From: Squalus acanthias
Taxonomy: Eukaryota
Assembly (NCBI GenBank): GCA_030390025.1
Contig: CM059433.1
Span: 1,054,001-1,118,000 of the forward strand
Direction: 5' to 3'
DNA length: 64,000 nt
Shown here: positions 61,700 through 64,000 of the stretch, piece by piece
Numbering within the stretch: the stretch's first letter is position 1
How the letters are laid out: each line of letters starts with the position of its first letter
The notes under the pieces: model-generated
Seen by the model: the letters and a program-made list of their open reading frames with translations, nothing else
What the model was told of the DNA's origin: nothing
The model's database searches: none
Translations under genes and position numbers: made by a program

Positions 61700-63625
61700 G
61701 CTTGCTCTCCTTAGCCCCGCATATTGGAAAATCATGGTGAGTTTCCTGATATCGCTCTCCACCCACATCCCCCTTCCACCCCCCCCAACCCTACTTCCTT
61801 CTGTGTCTTCCCCATGAAAAAACTCTCTCCCAACTCTCTTACAACTGCACTTATGAAATCCCAACTGTCCAGCCTGTGGCCCTCCATTCACAGTGACATT
61901 TCTACAGCTACCAATCTGCTTAACTACACCCTCACCACCACCTTTGATGCCCTAGTCCCATCTAAAACAATTACCCTCTCTCACCCTGGCCGTTCCCCCG
62001 GTACGGCTCTCATCTTCGCTCCCTTAAGTCCAAGGGATGCAGACTTGAACGGATATGGCAGACAACTGATTTAGCCATTCGCCGCCCAGATCTGGCTGGA
62101 CCACATAAAGCACTATCGGGCCCAGCTCCCGTCTGCCAAAATTGCTCACTATTCCAGAATAATTCTGGAATGCAAAGATAAACCCCGGCTCCTATTCTCT
62201 ACTGCTAACCGTCTTCTTAAACCCCTCTCCCCTGTCTCCTCCACCCTCACCTCCGATAACAAATGTGCGGAGCTCATGGACTTCTTTGTTTCTAAGATTG
62301 AGACCATCCGTTCAGCTGCCTCTGCCACTTCCCTTCCTTCTCCTAACCCACTGGGCCAAACTTCCTCAAAGGTTCCCCCCTTCCCCAGCCCGGAACTCAC
62401 ATCTTTATTCAGTTTCTCTCCGATCTCCCCTCATGATCTCTCTGCGCTCATCTTGTCTATGAGACCCACCTCCTGCTCCCTCAACCCTGTTCCCACCAAA
62501 CTGCTGACCACCCAACTTCCTTTTCTGGCTCCCATGTTAGCTGATATTGTTAACGGTTCTCTCTCCTCAGGTACTGTCCCCCTCTCCCTCAAATCTGCCG
62601 CCATCACCCCTCTCCTCAAAAAAACAAACTTTGATCCCTCCGTCCTTGCAAACTACCACCCCATCTCCAACCTCCCTTTCCTCTCCAAAGTCCTTGAGCG
62701 TGTTGTTTATCCCAAATCCGTGCCCATCTTTCCCGCAATTCCATGTTTGAATCCCTCCAATCAGGTTTCCGCCCTTGCCACAGGTTCTCATCAAAGTCAC
62801 AAATGACGTCCTTTGTGACTGTGACAAAGGTAAACTATCCCTCCTCGTCCTTCTTGACTTGTCTGCAGCCTTTGACACGGTTGACCACTCCATCCTTCTC
62901 CAACGCCTCTCCACCGTCGTCCAGCTGGGTGGGACTGCACTCGCCTGGTTCCATTCTTATCTATCTAATCGTAGCCAGAGAATCACCTGCAATGGCTTCT
63001 CTTGCCATTCCGCATCGTTATCTCTGGTGTCCCCCAAGGATCTATCCTTGGCCCCCTCCTATTTCTCATCTACATGTTGCCCCTTGGCGACATTATCTGA
63101 AAACACAGCGTCAGTTTCCACATGTATGCTGACGACACCCAGCTCTACCTCACTACCACTTCTCTCGACCTCTCCACGGTGTCTAAATTGTCAGACTGCT
63201 TGTCCGACATACAGTTCTGGATGAGCTAAAATTTTCTCCAATTAAATATTGAGAAGACCGAAGCCATTGTTTTCTGTCCCCGCCACAAACTCCGTTCCCT
63301 AGCCACTGACTCCATCCCTCTCCCTAACATCTGTCTGAGGCTGAACCACACTGTCTGCAACCTTGGTGTCATATTTGACCCTGAAATGAGCTTCCGACCA
63401 CATAGCCGCAGCATAACAAAGACCGCCTATTTCCACCTCTAACGTTGCCCGTCTCCGCCCCTGCCTCAGCTCATCCACTGCTGAAACCCTCATTCACGCC
63501 TTTATTACCTCTAGACTTGACTATTCCAATGCACTCCTGGCTGGCCTCCCACATTCCACCCTACGTAAACTTGAGGTCATCCAAAACTCGGCTGCCCGTG
63601 TCCTAACTCGCACCAAGTCCCGTTC
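61700..63625 (+). mobile_element. Degenerate L2 LINE ORF2
   Basis: NYHPISNLPFLSKVLE, LLDLSAAFDTVDH and YADDTQL-like motif across frameshifts. Confidence 0.9.
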
Positions 63626-64000
63626 CCGTTTGGGTAACACGCCAGCTCATCCTGCCGTGTTTTGAGTCTGCTCTGATGTTTCTGAAAAGCTGACAGCTGC
63701 AGAAGTGGTGTAAAGGATGCCATGTTGGAGATGGTGAGTTTCAGAGCGCAGAAACTGTTGGCTACTGCATTTTTAATACATATAGCGATTTCTTTAGCTT
63801 ACAAGTTTTTAGATCCAACTGTATGTCCAGTGCCACCTCATTTGGAGAACCTCTCTCACCAGTGACAGATCGCTTCTGTCATCTCACCTGCAGCTGCCAT
63901 CTATTCCAGCAACATCGGAGCCAATGAAACAATCAGACCTTGGTCCTCCGAATCCTTCCATAATCATCCCCAACACCAACATCACCAGGCACACCAACAG

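Overview
Repeat-dense vertebrate genomic DNA. The CR1, L2 and RTE LINEs, SacSINE1/Deu-type SINEs and Harbinger elements point to a cartilaginous fish (shark-like). No host protein-coding gene could be supported. The centrepiece is a 12.7-kb, apparently intact and young endogenous retrovirus on the minus strand (14460-27160). It has 1660-bp near-identical TG...CA LTRs, a 4-bp TSD (CTAT), an 18-nt tRNA-Arg(TCG) PBS overlapping the gag ATG, and gag joined in frame to pol by a UGA-CUAG readthrough context. Pol carries PR-RT-tether-RNaseH-IN plus a long tail. The 783-aa Env combines an immunoglobulin-like domain with a paramyxo/pneumovirus-F-like class I fusion protein, i.e. a lokiretrovirus-like architecture. 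A diverged LTR fragment of a related lineage (42874-~43894) reveals conserved LTR motifs. The remainder is nested LINE, SINE, MITE and Harbinger debris, minisatellites and a 2.85-kb tandem duplication.
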